A stretch of 64,000 bases of DNA. Origin: a virus. Both the position numbers and the translations under genes were made by a program. Location of the stretch: the IMG/VR virus record IMGVR_UViG_3300044511_000202, positions 7,485 through 71,484 of that record; one strand, written 5' to 3'. Positions 55,048 to 63,793 of the stretch are shown here, in pieces. Position 1 is the stretch's first letter, and each line of letters begins with the position of its first letter. The notes below the pieces were generated by a model, which ran no database searches, was not told the origin of the DNA, and saw nothing but the letters and a program-made list of their open reading frames with translations.

Positions 55048-56971
55048 ACCCTACAGCACCCCGGGACTCGCGGCGCTCCTCGACGGCCCGGAACCCGACC
55101 CCACCCCGACCCCCGCCGAGGCCATGCTCGAGTGCCACGAGCACGTCCCCACCGACCTACCGGTGGACGAGCTGGAGGCGTGGGTGCGCGAGCAGATCCG
55201 CGCTGCGGAGGAGGAGCTGTGCCGGCGGGATCTCGGTGAGTTCGTCCGGTGCGCGGCGCGCGAGGGGCTCCTCCCGGGCGTGCATAAGCTCGACTGGGCG
55301 CCGCACCTGGAGGCCATGTGCTACGAGGGCCAGATGCTCGTCGAGGGGTGGCTCGTCGCCAACGGGCGGGGAACCCCGGACATGGTGGTGCGCCAGGCGG
55401 ACGCGTGGGCGTCGAACGGCGCGACGTGGGATGACGTGGACGAGGAGGGCGCCTCGGTCGGTCCCCTCCCCGAGCCGTGGCTCCGGCACGTGCTGGTGCA
55501 GAATCACATCACGAACATCCCCCCGGGCACGCTGAAGAGCACGATCTGGTGCGTGTGCCTCCCGGCCTGGGCATGGCTCTGGGCCCCGGACCTGAAGTTC
55601 GGGTGCCTGTCGGCCGTCGATAAGAACGTCCGGCGCGACTCGAACGCGCACCGCGATCTCGTCACGAAGCCCTGGTACCGAACCACGTTCAGGGTGCGGT
55701 GGACACTCACGCAAGAGGATGCCGTGGATAAGTGGGTGACCACGGCGGGCGGCGAGCGCATCTCCGTGACGCTCATCACCGGCATCACCGGGACGCACGT
55801 CCACATCATCATCGTGGACGATCCCGACGATGCCGACAAGGTGTGGAACGAACCCATCCGACGGCACACCCAGGATCGGTGGACGCGCGCGGTTGAGAAC
55901 CGCGTGGTGGACGAGCGCACCGCGATCCGCATCGTGCTCCAGCAGCGCGTCCACGTCGACGATCTCACCGCGCACCTGCTCGCCGTCGCGCGGTGGCTCC
56001 CGTCCAAGCGCAACGGGTGGATGCAGCTCTGCATCCCGATGGAGTGGGGTAGGCAGCCCTCCGACAGCCCGCACGTTACGGCCTTCGGGTGGGTGGACTG
56101 GCGCCTAGGCAAGCCCGGCGCGCTCCTCCAGCCGCAGCGCTTCACCCCGGCCGTCCTCGCCGACAAGCGCGAGAAGATGGCGGACGGGTACGACGGCCAG
56201 TACAACTGCAACCCGCAGCCGCTCACGGCGGGGATGTTCGCGCGCGACAAGCTCCGGTTCTTCGTGATCGAGGGCACCCCCGAGGGTGTCACGATGGGGG
56301 CGCACCTGCGCAAACGCCCCGAGGGTTGCCTCCAGCGGGACGTCCTCCCGCCGATCCTCCTGAGGCGCGACAGGCTCACCGGTAAGCTCCAGGTGGACTG
56401 GATGTGTGTCTCCATCGATGCCTCCAACGGAGGCGAGGCCACGACGTCCAGCGCGTGCGGCCTGCTCGCCCTGGCGGGCCTGGACGCCAACCGGTTCGTG
56501 CTGGACGATCGCACCGCCGTCATGGGCATCCAGACCATGTACGACACGGTGCGGGACATGGTGGCGGTGTGGGCGCCCCAGCACGCGGGCGAGACGAAGG
56601 TGCTCGTGGAGTGGAAGGCAGCCGGCCCGTCGGTGGTGAACGAGATCCAGCGCGTGATCGAGCGCCAGGAGATCCGGGACTCGGACGGCAAGGCCGTGAT
56701 GGCGACCGTCGAGCCGCTGAAGTTCGGCTCCGGCGACGGGTACATCGCTCGAGCCCGGAGCATGGTGCCGACCTGGAATGCAGGCTACGTGTACGTGCTG
56801 GACGGCGCGCCGTGGTTGTACCCGAAGGGTGATGACGAGGGGTTCGTGGGCGAGGTGTGCCCGTTCCCGATGGCTCGCAAGGACGATCGGGTGGACGCTC
56901 TCGACCAGGCCATCATCCACTACGCGGAGGGTGACGCGGAGCGGTGGACGCGCGCCATGTGCTCGCTCTAG
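55040..56971 (+). CDS. terL: Terminase large subunit
   Basis: NIPPGTLKS Walker A, IIIVDDPD Walker B, QQRVHVDDL, QYNCNP, and nuclease motifs SID, VEWKAAG and DDRVDALDQA. Confidence 0.92.
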   Translation: MDTPYSTPGLAALLDGPEPDPTPTPAEAMLECHEHVPTDLPVDELEAWVREQIRAAEEELCRRDLGEFVRCAAREGLLPGVHKLDWAPHLEAMCYEGQMLVEGWLVANGRGTPDMVVRQADAWASNGATWDDVDEEGASVGPLPEPWLRHVLVQNHITNIPPGTLKSTIWCVCLPAWAWLWAPDLKFGCLSAVDKNVRRDSNAHRDLVTKPWYRTTFRVRWTLTQEDAVDKWVTTAGGERISVTLITGITGTHVHIIIVDDPDDADKVWNEPIRRHTQDRWTRAVENRVVDERTAIRIVLQQRVHVDDLTAHLLAVARWLPSKRNGWMQLCIPMEWGRQPSDSPHVTAFGWVDWRLGKPGALLQPQRFTPAVLADKREKMADGYDGQYNCNPQPLTAGMFARDKLRFFVIEGTPEGVTMGAHLRKRPEGCLQRDVLPPILLRRDRLTGKLQVDWMCVSIDASNGGEATTSSACGLLALAGLDANRFVLDDRTAVMGIQTMYDTVRDMVAVWAPQHAGETKVLVEWKAAGPSVVNEIQRVIERQEIRDSDGKAVMATVEPLKFGSGDGYIARARSMVPTWNAGYVYVLDGAPWLYPKGDDEGFVGEVCPFPMARKDDRVDALDQAIIHYAEGDAERWTRAMCSL

Positions 56972-57198
56972 TCCTCCGGCGCCCCGTATAGCACGAGCGC
57001 GCGCTCGTCAGAACCCTCGGGCACGTCCACCGAGACCAGCTCGATACCGGCCTCCAGCTCCCACGATTCCACGCTGCGCTCGCTCTGGAGGATGACGGGG
57101 AGATCCCAGTCGCAGGGGTTGAACGTGACGGTGCCCGTCGAGGAGACGCGCACGAGACCCAGCTCCGCGAGCCGGGTCACGAGAGCGCGGAGCGTCAC
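56968..57198 (-). CDS. Hypothetical protein
   Basis: GTG after GGAGG; converges on terL. Confidence 0.45.
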   Translation of the reverse strand: MTLRALVTRLAELGLVRVSSTGTVTFNPCDWDLPVILQSERSVESWELEAGIELVSVDVPEGSDERALVLYGAPED

Positions 57199-57492
57199 GA
57201 CGTCGCCTCCGACGTGAGGCGAGCCTCGCGGCGAGCCTCGCGCTTGGCCTGGCGGACGAGCCACGCGGCGCGGGTGCGCCACGCCTTGGACGGCCTGATG
57301 TCGGGGCGGGGCTGCCCCCGGGGGGCGGGGTGCCGCCCCGCGGTTGGCCTCGCCGGGGGACGAGCGCGCGATCGCCCGGTCGGGGTGGTGCGCGCGCATC
57401 ATCTGGAGGTACTTGCTCCGCGCCACCCGCGCCACCCAGATATACGCGCGACGCGCACACCTCTTATAGCGGTAGCGGTTGTAACGCTTCAC
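57195..57492 (-). pseudogene. Apparently frameshifted mini J-domain (HPD) gene
   Basis: KYLQMMRAHHPDR in one frame and DI..SKAW...ATS* in another, separated by G/C runs. Confidence 0.35.
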
Positions 57493-57737
57493 CACCTGCA
57501 CGGTGTGGGCCGGTTCGCCTCCGCCCACGCGCGCACCTCCTCGCGGCGGGCGGCGAGCTTCGCCTCCATCACCTCCTTGGGGTTGCGCACCACGTACGGG
57601 GTGATGACGGCGGCCGGCTGGTAGTTCGGGTGCGCGTCGCGCACCTCGGCGCCCTTGCGGCGGAGCTTGGCTTCAGCGTCGAGACGGAGGGCCTCGGCCA
57701 TGAGGGCCTCGGCGGTGGGGCGATCAGCGGTTTGCAT
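57489..57737 (-). CDS. Hypothetical protein
   Basis: GGAG SD. Confidence 0.5.
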   Translation of the reverse strand: MQTADRPTAEALMAEALRLDAEAKLRRKGAEVRDAHPNYQPAAVITPYVVRNPKEVMEAKLAARREEVRAWAEANRPTPCRW

Positions 57738-57765
57738 GCTGGACTCCAGGAGGGTTGATGTTGCG

Positions 57766-57924
57766 CTACGGGGTAGCGGATGCGATGGCGGTGGTGATGG
57801 GCTCCCAGGCCCAGGTGGGCATGCGCACGTGCGTGTAGCCGCACTCCTGGAGGAGGCGGAGGGTGCGCAGGTCGTACGCGCGGGACACCTTGATCGTCGA
57901 GCCGGACTGGTGAAGAGCTTCCAT
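57766..57924 (-). CDS. Small early protein (52 aa)
   Basis: ATG directly after a sigma54 module. Confidence 0.55.
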   Translation of the reverse strand: MEALHQSGSTIKVSRAYDLRTLRLLQECGYTHVRMPTWAWEPITTAIASATP

Positions 57925-57937
57925 GGTCGGGAGGTGG

Positions 57938-58035
57938 TGCAGTCTCCGTGCCGGCGCGCAACCGCGCGGCGGGTGGCGCGGTGGCGCGCCGATCGTGAAC
58001 GTCCGTTGACTCCGGTGGAGTGGCCGGCTGATCAC
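57938..58035 (-). promoter_or_regulatory. Sigma54 promoter + tandem dyad module
   Basis: GGCACGGAGACTGCA; boxes at 57995 and 58020. Confidence 0.7.
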
Positions 58036-58223
58036 GGCGCGACCCTCAGCGCGGCGATCCGGCGGACCATGCGGCGGTAGCGCGCCCAGAGCGCGCGGTC
58101 CACGAGGATCGCCGAGCCGAAGTAGGCGAGCGTGGCCACCCCGATCCCGCACGCGTACCAGGCCGCGAGGCCGAGCGGGATCGCGGCAAGCGCGGCCAGC
58201 GTGGCGAACCACCCGGCGATCAC
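58032..58223 (-). CDS. Small membrane protein
   Basis: Two TM segments and a basic tail. Confidence 0.55.
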   Translation of the reverse strand: MIAGWFATLAALAAIPLGLAAWYACGIGVATLAYFGSAILVDRALWARYRRMVRRIAALRVAP

Positions 58224-58495
58224 AGCGCCACCTCCTCGGCCTGCATGCGCGCCAGCTCGGCCAGCACGGCCTCGATCACCTCGGTGCGGTCCGCGGGGTT
58301 CGAGTTGTAGCTCGGAAACTCGCGTTCGGTGAGCGAGTCGTCGAGCCACGCCGTGAGCGCGGTGCGGACGGCCACACAACCTACGGCGGGGTGGTCGGAG
58401 TCGAGCATGTCCAGGACGTTCTCCGCCAGTGCGCGCACGTCCACTGTCACGGTAACAGGCTCGAAGTGGATCGCGACCTTGATCTTTTGTGACAC
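58220..58495 (-). CDS. Hypothetical protein
   Basis: AGGAGGT SD. Confidence 0.55.
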   Translation of the reverse strand: MSQKIKVAIHFEPVTVTVDVRALAENVLDMLDSDHPAVGCVAVRTALTAWLDDSLTEREFPSYNSNPADRTEVIEAVLAELARMQAEEVAL

Positions 58496-58505
58496 GGTGT
58501 ACCTC

Positions 58506-59072
58506 CTACGTGTTGACGGTGCGGAAGGTGAGGTTGACGCGCTCGCCCGCGCGGGCGACCTTGTGGATCGCGTGCTGGTAGTCGATCTGCGAGCGGCCCT
58601 CCATCACCAGGAGATCACCGTGCTCTAGCGTGACGCGCCACTGGCACCGGTGATCGTCGCGGCGCCGGATGCGGAACACGCGCGAGGCCCCGAACGATAG
58701 CGAGGCGATGGTGGGCTCGGGGCCCAGCTCGGGCTCGTCGTCGGAGTGCCACGCGATGGAGTCGTGACCGTCGCGGTACAGGTTCGCCAGCACGCTGTTG
58801 TAGGCGACCGGCGTGGCGGCCTGCACGCGGTCGCGGAGGCGCGCCACGATCTCGGGCATCGGGGCGGGTTTGTGCCGCGCGCCGGAGTATGTGTACGAGC
58901 CATCGCCCATCCACGCCGTGAGCCGGGGCTGGAGGATCTCCCGGCCGTACAGGCGCACGGTGCGGCGCTCCCAGGCGATCGCGGCCACGAGATCTGCGAG
59001 AGCGATCTCTGCCGCGAACCCGCGCACGAGCGCGTGACCGTCGGGAAGGTTGACGAGGGGTACAGACATCAC
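58506..59072 (-). CDS. alkB: AlkB-family 2OG-Fe(II) dioxygenase (ALKBH2/3-like)
   Basis: QPRLTAW, YTYSG, NSVLANLYRDGHDSIAWHSDDE, SLSFG, H.I.K and RVNLTFR motifs. Confidence 0.9.
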   Translation of the reverse strand: MMSVPLVNLPDGHALVRGFAAEIALADLVAAIAWERRTVRLYGREILQPRLTAWMGDGSYTYSGARHKPAPMPEIVARLRDRVQAATPVAYNSVLANLYRDGHDSIAWHSDDEPELGPEPTIASLSFGASRVFRIRRRDDHRCQWRVTLEHGDLLVMEGRSQIDYQHAIHKVARAGERVNLTFRTVNT

Positions 59073-59281
59073 GAGTAGATCTCCGCGGCGAACGCCTCGA
59101 CGGCCTCGAACCCGACGCGGCGCTCCAGCTCGCCGAGCAGCGCCGTGCAGAGCGCATCTTGCGCCGGGTCATGCGCCAACCCGCGCGCCGCGATCATCAG
59201 CTCGCCCGTGGACAGGCTGGCGATGCGCTGCGCCAGAGTGGGGCGGGGGAGTTCGCCGGTGATTCGCTTCGTCGTGCTCAT
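59069..59281 (-). CDS. Small early protein
   Basis: ATG directly after a sigma54 module. Confidence 0.6.
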   Translation of the reverse strand: MSTTKRITGELPRPTLAQRIASLSTGELMIAARGLAHDPAQDALCTALLGELERRVGFEAVEAFAAEIYS

Positions 59282-59293
59282 GGTCTGAGGTAG

Positions 59294-59389
59294 TGCAGCC
59301 GGCGGGCCAGCCGCAAGTGGTCGGTTTTCGGTAGCGGCACTGGCGAATGTCAACGGGCGTTCACGGGCCGGGTGTGACCTGGCGTTTAC
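59294..59389 (-). promoter_or_regulatory. Sigma54 promoter + tandem dyad module
   Basis: TGGCCCGCCGGCTGCA; boxes GTCAAC-GGGC-GTTCAC (59349) and GTGACC-TGGC-GTTTAC (59374). Confidence 0.7.
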
Positions 59390-59756
59390 GCCGCTTGCGG
59401 TTCGTGGCCGTGGGGACGATGAGGATCCCGCACCACCTCAGGCCAGAAAACTGATCGAGGGTGCGAGGGTAGGTGTAGGCGCTCAACCCGCCCCGGGGAC
59501 CGATGTGCGCGTGCCAGGTCTCCAGGCGCGTGAGGATGCGGAGCGCGTTCTCGGGCGGGAGCCCGGGTACGTCCGGCTGGATGTACACCCAGGCGCCGTC
59601 GGTGGCGGTGCGGCGCACGTCCACGCTGTACTCTACCTCCCGCGCACCCGCGCACCCCTTGTCACACGCGTGGTTGAGGAGCGTGTCCAGTGCGCGGCGC
59701 TGGCGCTTGGACAGCGCCTCGACGGCGGGTGTGGATCCCTCGACGAACACGATCAT
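59361..59756 (-). CDS. Hypothetical early protein
   Basis: IGPRGG motif; coupled to a 7-codon upstream mini-ORF. Confidence 0.55.
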   Translation of the reverse strand: MIVFVEGSTPAVEALSKRQRRALDTLLNHACDKGCAGAREVEYSVDVRRTATDGAWVYIQPDVPGLPPENALRILTRLETWHAHIGPRGGLSAYTYPRTLDQFSGLRWCGILIVPTATNRKRRKRQVTPGP

Positions 59757-59789
59757 GGTTCACCTGCTAACGTCATGGTCGGGGCTGGG

Positions 59790-59887
59790 AGCATCGAGCG
59801 TGCCGGTTCGCAAGTGCGCGAACACCCGCGGCGCGGGGCCGCGGGCGTGAACGCCGGTTCGCGGTCGGAGTGTAAACTGACCGCTAG
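59790..59887 (-). promoter_or_regulatory. Sigma54 promoter + tandem dyad module
   Basis: GGCACGCTCGATGCT; boxes at 59847 and 59872. Confidence 0.7.
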
Positions 59888-60438
59888 ACGATCGTGACGG
59901 CCTCCGTCGCCGGGGTGACGTCCGGCACCGGCACCGACATGATCTCGTCGAGGATCTGCTCCGATGTCTTCGGCGTGCCGTCCGCGTTGTCGATCGCGGC
60001 GGAGACGGGCTCGATCGCGGCGGGCTCGATCGCGTCCAGGGTCGCGTCGAGGAGCTGCTCCACGCGAGCGAGGTTCGTCTCGGCGATGTCGTACGCCTTC
60101 GCCGCGTCGTCGAAGGCCGCTTGCGCCACACCCTGGGCGTGCGAGAGCGCGCCTGCGGCGCTGAGCGCGATCTCCCCGCCGACGGCGGAGCGCGCGATCG
60201 GCGAGCCGTTCATGCCGGAGAACCGCTCGGACAGGACGAGCGCGTTCTTGCCGGCCTGGAGCACGGTGCGCGCCTGGACGAAGATCTCGCCGTCGATCTC
60301 GGTGACGCGGTACAGCACGGCGCCGGGCGCGATCGCCAGCTGCTCCGGGGACAGGGTCGGCTGGAGCTTGAGCTGCACCTTGCCGGTCTTCTTCGGGGCG
60401 GTCTTCTTCGACTTGGGGGTCTTCTTCTTCGTTGCCAT
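59884..60438 (-). CDS. Hypothetical protein with a Lys-rich N-terminus
   Basis: AAGG SD; begins MATKKKTPKSKK. Confidence 0.6.
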   Translation of the reverse strand: MATKKKTPKSKKTAPKKTGKVQLKLQPTLSPEQLAIAPGAVLYRVTEIDGEIFVQARTVLQAGKNALVLSERFSGMNGSPIARSAVGGEIALSAAGALSHAQGVAQAAFDDAAKAYDIAETNLARVEQLLDATLDAIEPAAIEPVSAAIDNADGTPKTSEQILDEIMSVPVPDVTPATEAVTIV

Positions 60439-60479
60439 GGTCTGGGTGCCTTCCTTGGGATGCGGTTGCGGGGTACTAG

Positions 60480-60505
60480 AGCGCGCGGCGGGCCGGGGGT
60501 ATTCC
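60480..60505 (-). promoter_or_regulatory. ECF-type promoter variant GGAATA-N16-CGCT
   Basis: Intergenic, fixed spacing. Confidence 0.5.
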
Positions 60506-60523
60506 CGCGCCGCGCGGCCGGGG

Positions 60524-60808
60524 TTAGAGTACGTCGTCGAGGTTGTGTCGGCGGGGGCAGTTGGCGGCATGCGTCCGAGTGTCCGGGCCGCAACCGCACA
60601 GCTCCTCCGGCGTCGGGTTGCGTAGAACCTGGGCCAGCTCGTGCGCCTTGCGGGAGGCGCTCTTTGCGGCCTCCACGGTGAGTTTCGACACGGACTCCAG
60701 AAGATCGAACACGAGATCCTCGATCGACTCGGAGAACTCCGGGTCCGCCCCCACCGCGTCGACGCGGCGGACGTAGCTCACGAGGAGCGCGCGAACGCTC
60801 TCCCTCAC
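60524..60808 (-). CDS. Hypothetical protein
   Basis: Coupled start; C-terminal CGCG...H...CP. Confidence 0.55.
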   Translation of the reverse strand: MRESVRALLVSYVRRVDAVGADPEFSESIEDLVFDLLESVSKLTVEAAKSASRKAHELAQVLRNPTPEELCGCGPDTRTHAANCPRRHNLDDVL

Positions 60809-61680
60809 GAGCCGCTCCCCAGCGCCTTACCACCGCGCGCGCCGATGTTCACGCCCTGGCCGGCCTGGCGACCCGCGCCGTAGCCGGAGCCCGCTCGCGC
60901 ACTGCCACCGGTGGCACCCCTGCTCATGCGCCACTCGGGACCGGACGTGCGATTTTCGAACGCCTTTTTCACCTCCTGGCGATCGCGCTTGACGATCTCG
61001 AGGGCCGCGTCCACGCGCGCGAGTGCGAGGCTCTCGCCCGCCCGGGTCACCTCGTCGTCGCTGTAGATTCCGGGCTCGGGCAGGGACAGGGTGCTGTCCT
61101 GGAGCGACGGCGCGGCCAGCTCCTTCGCCTTCGCGGTCTCCTTCGCGGCGCGCTCCTGGAGCGCCTGGTAGAGGCGGGTGGCGATCACGTCCGCGGCTCC
61201 GAGGCGAAAGCTCGCCTTCCAGTTGCGGGGCAGGATCCCGACGGCGGCGAGATCCGCCCCGTTGTCCTTCCACGCCTGGTCGGCCAGGCGCTCCACCTCG
61301 CGGAGGAGGTAGCTCGTGGTGTACGTCCACGTCTGGACGGCGGACTCGCGGCCGAGCGCGGTGAGGGTGTTCACGCCGTCGGGGCGCCGCGAGAAGAACG
61401 TCTCACAATCCAGCGAGCGGGCCATCGCGCTGGCGATGCGGTCGCGCCACGCCACGCGGCGCTCGGTGTCGTCGGGGAGCCCAGCCTCGACGATCGACTC
61501 CTTGTCGCGCGTGGCGCGACCGTCGTCGTCGCTCGTCACCTGGAGCATGGCCTCGGTGATGCCGTGCTCGCTCATCATCGCTGCGGCGCGCGCCGCAGCG
61601 TTGGCGGCCTCGTGCTCGTTCGTGGACTTCGACAGCTCCAGGAGCTTGCGGACGCGGGACTCGATCTTCTCGTTGGACAT
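60805..61680 (-). CDS. DUF2786-domain protein
   Basis: I..RVRKLL.LS.S.NEHEA..A...A..MM..HGI, SF.LG and GY.AG...G motifs. Confidence 0.8.
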   Translation of the reverse strand: MSNEKIESRVRKLLELSKSTNEHEAANAAARAAAMMSEHGITEAMLQVTSDDDGRATRDKESIVEAGLPDDTERRVAWRDRIASAMARSLDCETFFSRRPDGVNTLTALGRESAVQTWTYTTSYLLREVERLADQAWKDNGADLAAVGILPRNWKASFRLGAADVIATRLYQALQERAAKETAKAKELAAPSLQDSTLSLPEPGIYSDDEVTRAGESLALARVDAALEIVKRDRQEVKKAFENRTSGPEWRMSRGATGGSARAGSGYGAGRQAGQGVNIGARGGKALGSGS

Positions 61681-61890
61681 GGGGGCTCCGTGATCGGTTA
61701 GGGGTGCTCAGCTAGGTCGGGTGACTCGAGGGCACGCCGCGGATCGCGGCGCGCCCTCCAACCATCCGGCCCGGGAGCCACCCGCTCGCGCTAGGCTCCC
61801 GTCCGTCCGGGCGTTCTGAGCGGGTGATCCCTGGCGCCTCCCGGTGCGCTGGGCCTTCCCTTTCGTCATCGTCTCATGCCTCTCCTCTGG

Positions 61891-61987
61891 TGCAGCCGGC
61901 GTGCCGCGGGGTAAGTCGTCGTTTCCTGATGGCGGGCGGGCCGCTCGTGAACGGTGGTTCTCACCGGGGGCGTGAACGGGCGGCTAC
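61891..61987 (-). promoter_or_regulatory. Sigma54 promoter + tandem dyad module
   Basis: GGCACGCCGGCTGCA; boxes at 61947 and 61972. Confidence 0.7.
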
Positions 61988-62655
61988 ACCGAGCGGATCG
62001 CGCGGACGCGGAGCGCCACCAGGGCCTCGCGGTCCGCCAGCTCCGGGTGCCCGCGGCGCACCACCTCGGCGGTCAGCTCGAGCGCGGCCTCCGCGATCGT
62101 GCTCTTCACGGCCTCCAGCTCGCGCACCGACTTGAGATCCTCCAGCGCCTGCTCGAGCTTGCCGCCCTCCACCTCCCACATGGCGTGCCACTCCTTGCAC
62201 TCCTTCTCGCTCTGGCCCAGCTCCCCCTCCAGGCGCTTGACGTCACCCTCCAGCTCTTCGCACCGGCCCTCTACCTCAGCCACGCGCTCGTCGTGGTCCT
62301 CCTGCGACACCATCCCGTCGGGCACCGCGAGCAGATCGCGGATGATCTGGAGGTGATCGAGGTGCGACGCGTCGCGGCCCATGGTGACGTGCGTGAGGTA
62401 GTCCCGGGCGTCGTCGATCGCGCTCGCGTGCCCGATCGCGGCGCGCTCCCCGGCCCTACCCTGACAAGGTGCGCGCTTGCGCCCAGCGTTGCGGGTGCGC
62501 GCGGGGTTCGGCGTGACGGCGGGAGGGGGAGCGGGCGTGCGCTGCGCGGCCACCATGCGGACCTTGTGGGTGGCGGTGGTGCCCCCGTTCTTCGAGCGAC
62601 AGAGCGCCCCGGGTTGCGCGCCGCAGCGGGTACACGGGACGTGCAGGTTGCTCAC
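61984..62655 (-). CDS. Zn-finger + coiled-coil protein
   Basis: VPC..CGA.PG..C........H..R followed by heptads. Confidence 0.65.
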   Translation of the reverse strand: MSNLHVPCTRCGAQPGALCRSKNGGTTATHKVRMVAAQRTPAPPPAVTPNPARTRNAGRKRAPCQGRAGERAAIGHASAIDDARDYLTHVTMGRDASHLDHLQIIRDLLAVPDGMVSQEDHDERVAEVEGRCEELEGDVKRLEGELGQSEKECKEWHAMWEVEGGKLEQALEDLKSVRELEAVKSTIAEAALELTAEVVRRGHPELADREALVALRVRAIRSV

Positions 62656-62828
62656 GAGCGCACCTGTTCGAAGTAGCGAACCGTGATTTTACCGTTCGCG
62701 TTTCGGGTGAGCGACGGGTAACCTGCCACCACCGCGCCGTCCGTCTCATCGCATGCGCGGGTGAACGCCCACGCATCGTCGGTGTTATCGAACTCGCGAA
62801 CCTTCTCGACCGTGTGCTTTGTCATCAT
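62652..62828 (-). CDS. Small early protein
   Basis: ATG directly after a sigma54 module. Confidence 0.6.
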   Translation of the reverse strand: MMTKHTVEKVREFDNTDDAWAFTRACDETDGAVVAGYPSLTRNANGKITVRYFEQVRS

Positions 62829-62841
62829 GCCTCTCCTCTGG

Positions 62842-62938
62842 TGCACCCCGCGTGCCGCGGGGTAGGTGATTGATCGGCGGTGGTGAGACGTGCGAACGTG
62901 AACGGGTGTTCGCGGTCGGGGTGTGAACGGCGAGCTAC
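62842..62938 (-). promoter_or_regulatory. Sigma54 promoter + tandem dyad module
   Basis: GGCACGCGGGGTGCA; boxes at 62898 and 62923. Confidence 0.7.
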
Positions 62939-63192
62939 TCGAGCGCCTCCAGCGACACCGCGTCCAGCGCCTCGGCGAGCGCCAGGTACTCCGGGCGGTG
63001 GAGCCACTCCGTGAGCGCGCGGCGGTAGCCTTCGACTCGGCGGGCGACGTAGGCGCGCTGGCGCTCGGGCGAGTCCACCCCACCGTAGTGCGCGAAGAGC
63101 GGGTCCCGCACCATGGTGCGCCACTCGCGCGTCACCTGGCGGAGAAACTCGGTCACCGTCGCGTCCGCCATCTGCTCGATCGTGCTCGCCAT
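62935..63192 (-). CDS. Small early protein
   Basis: ATG directly after a sigma54 module. Confidence 0.6.
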   Translation of the reverse strand: MASTIEQMADATVTEFLRQVTREWRTMVRDPLFAHYGGVDSPERQRAYVARRVEGYRRALTEWLHRPEYLALAEALDAVSLEALE

Positions 63193-63205
63193 GGCTCTTC
63201 CGGGA

Positions 63206-63301
63206 TGCAGCCCGCGTGCCGCGGGTAGGTGTTTGATCGGTGGTGCCGTGCCAGTGTCCCGTAGCGCGTTGTTCACGCTTCGGGTGTAGACCGCCGTTCA
63301 G
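63206..63301 (-). promoter_or_regulatory. Sigma54 promoter + degenerate tandem dyad module
   Basis: GGCACGCGGGCTGCA; boxes at 63261 (right half GTTCAC) and 63286 (GTAGAC-CGCC-GTTCAG). Confidence 0.65.
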
Positions 63302-63462
63302 ATCCCGGCGGCGCGCATGCGGTCCTCCGCGCGAAAGAGCTGGCGGTACCACTTGTCGATCGTGGCCTGGGACTGGCCGAGCGCCTCGGCGCGGCGCACG
63401 CGCGCCTGGCAGTAGTGGTAGCGGGCGACGAGGGTGGCGAGCGAGTCAATCGTGTTCATCAT
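63298..63462 (-). CDS. Small early protein (54 aa)
   Basis: MMNTIDSLATLVARYHYCQ...RAAGI*; bounded on both sides by modules. Confidence 0.6.
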   Translation of the reverse strand: MMNTIDSLATLVARYHYCQARVRRAEALGQSQATIDKWYRQLFRAEDRMRAAGI

Positions 63463-63475
63463 GCCTCTCCTCTGG

Positions 63476-63572
63476 TGCAGCCCGCGTGCCGCGGGGCAAG
63501 TCGTCGTTTCCTGGTGGCCGGCGGGCCGTTCGTGAACGGTGGTTCTCAGCCGGGGTGTGAACGGTCGGCTAC
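63476..63572 (-). promoter_or_regulatory. Sigma54 promoter + tandem dyad module
   Basis: GGCACGCGGGCTGCA; boxes at 63532 and 63557. Confidence 0.7.
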
Positions 63573-63781
63573 GCGGTGAGCGAGCGGATCAGCTCCCGCA
63601 TCTGCATGTAGGTGCGGATCTTGTGGGTACCGTTGTCGTTCAACTCGTACCCGCGCTCACCGTTCGCGAACGAACCGTCCGCTCCCGGGAGCCACGTGGA
63701 GCCCGTGATCGCGATCCCCGCGCGACGGAGCGCGGCGATCGAGTTGCGGTTGAAATCCTTGTGTGCGCTCGTCTTCGTCAT
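63569..63781 (-). CDS. Small early protein (70 aa), duplicated
   Basis: ATG directly after a sigma54 module. Confidence 0.65.
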   Translation of the reverse strand: MTKTSAHKDFNRNSIAALRRAGIAITGSTWLPGADGSFANGERGYELNDNGTHKIRTYMQMRELIRSLTA

Positions 63782-63793
63782 GGTCAGAGGTAG

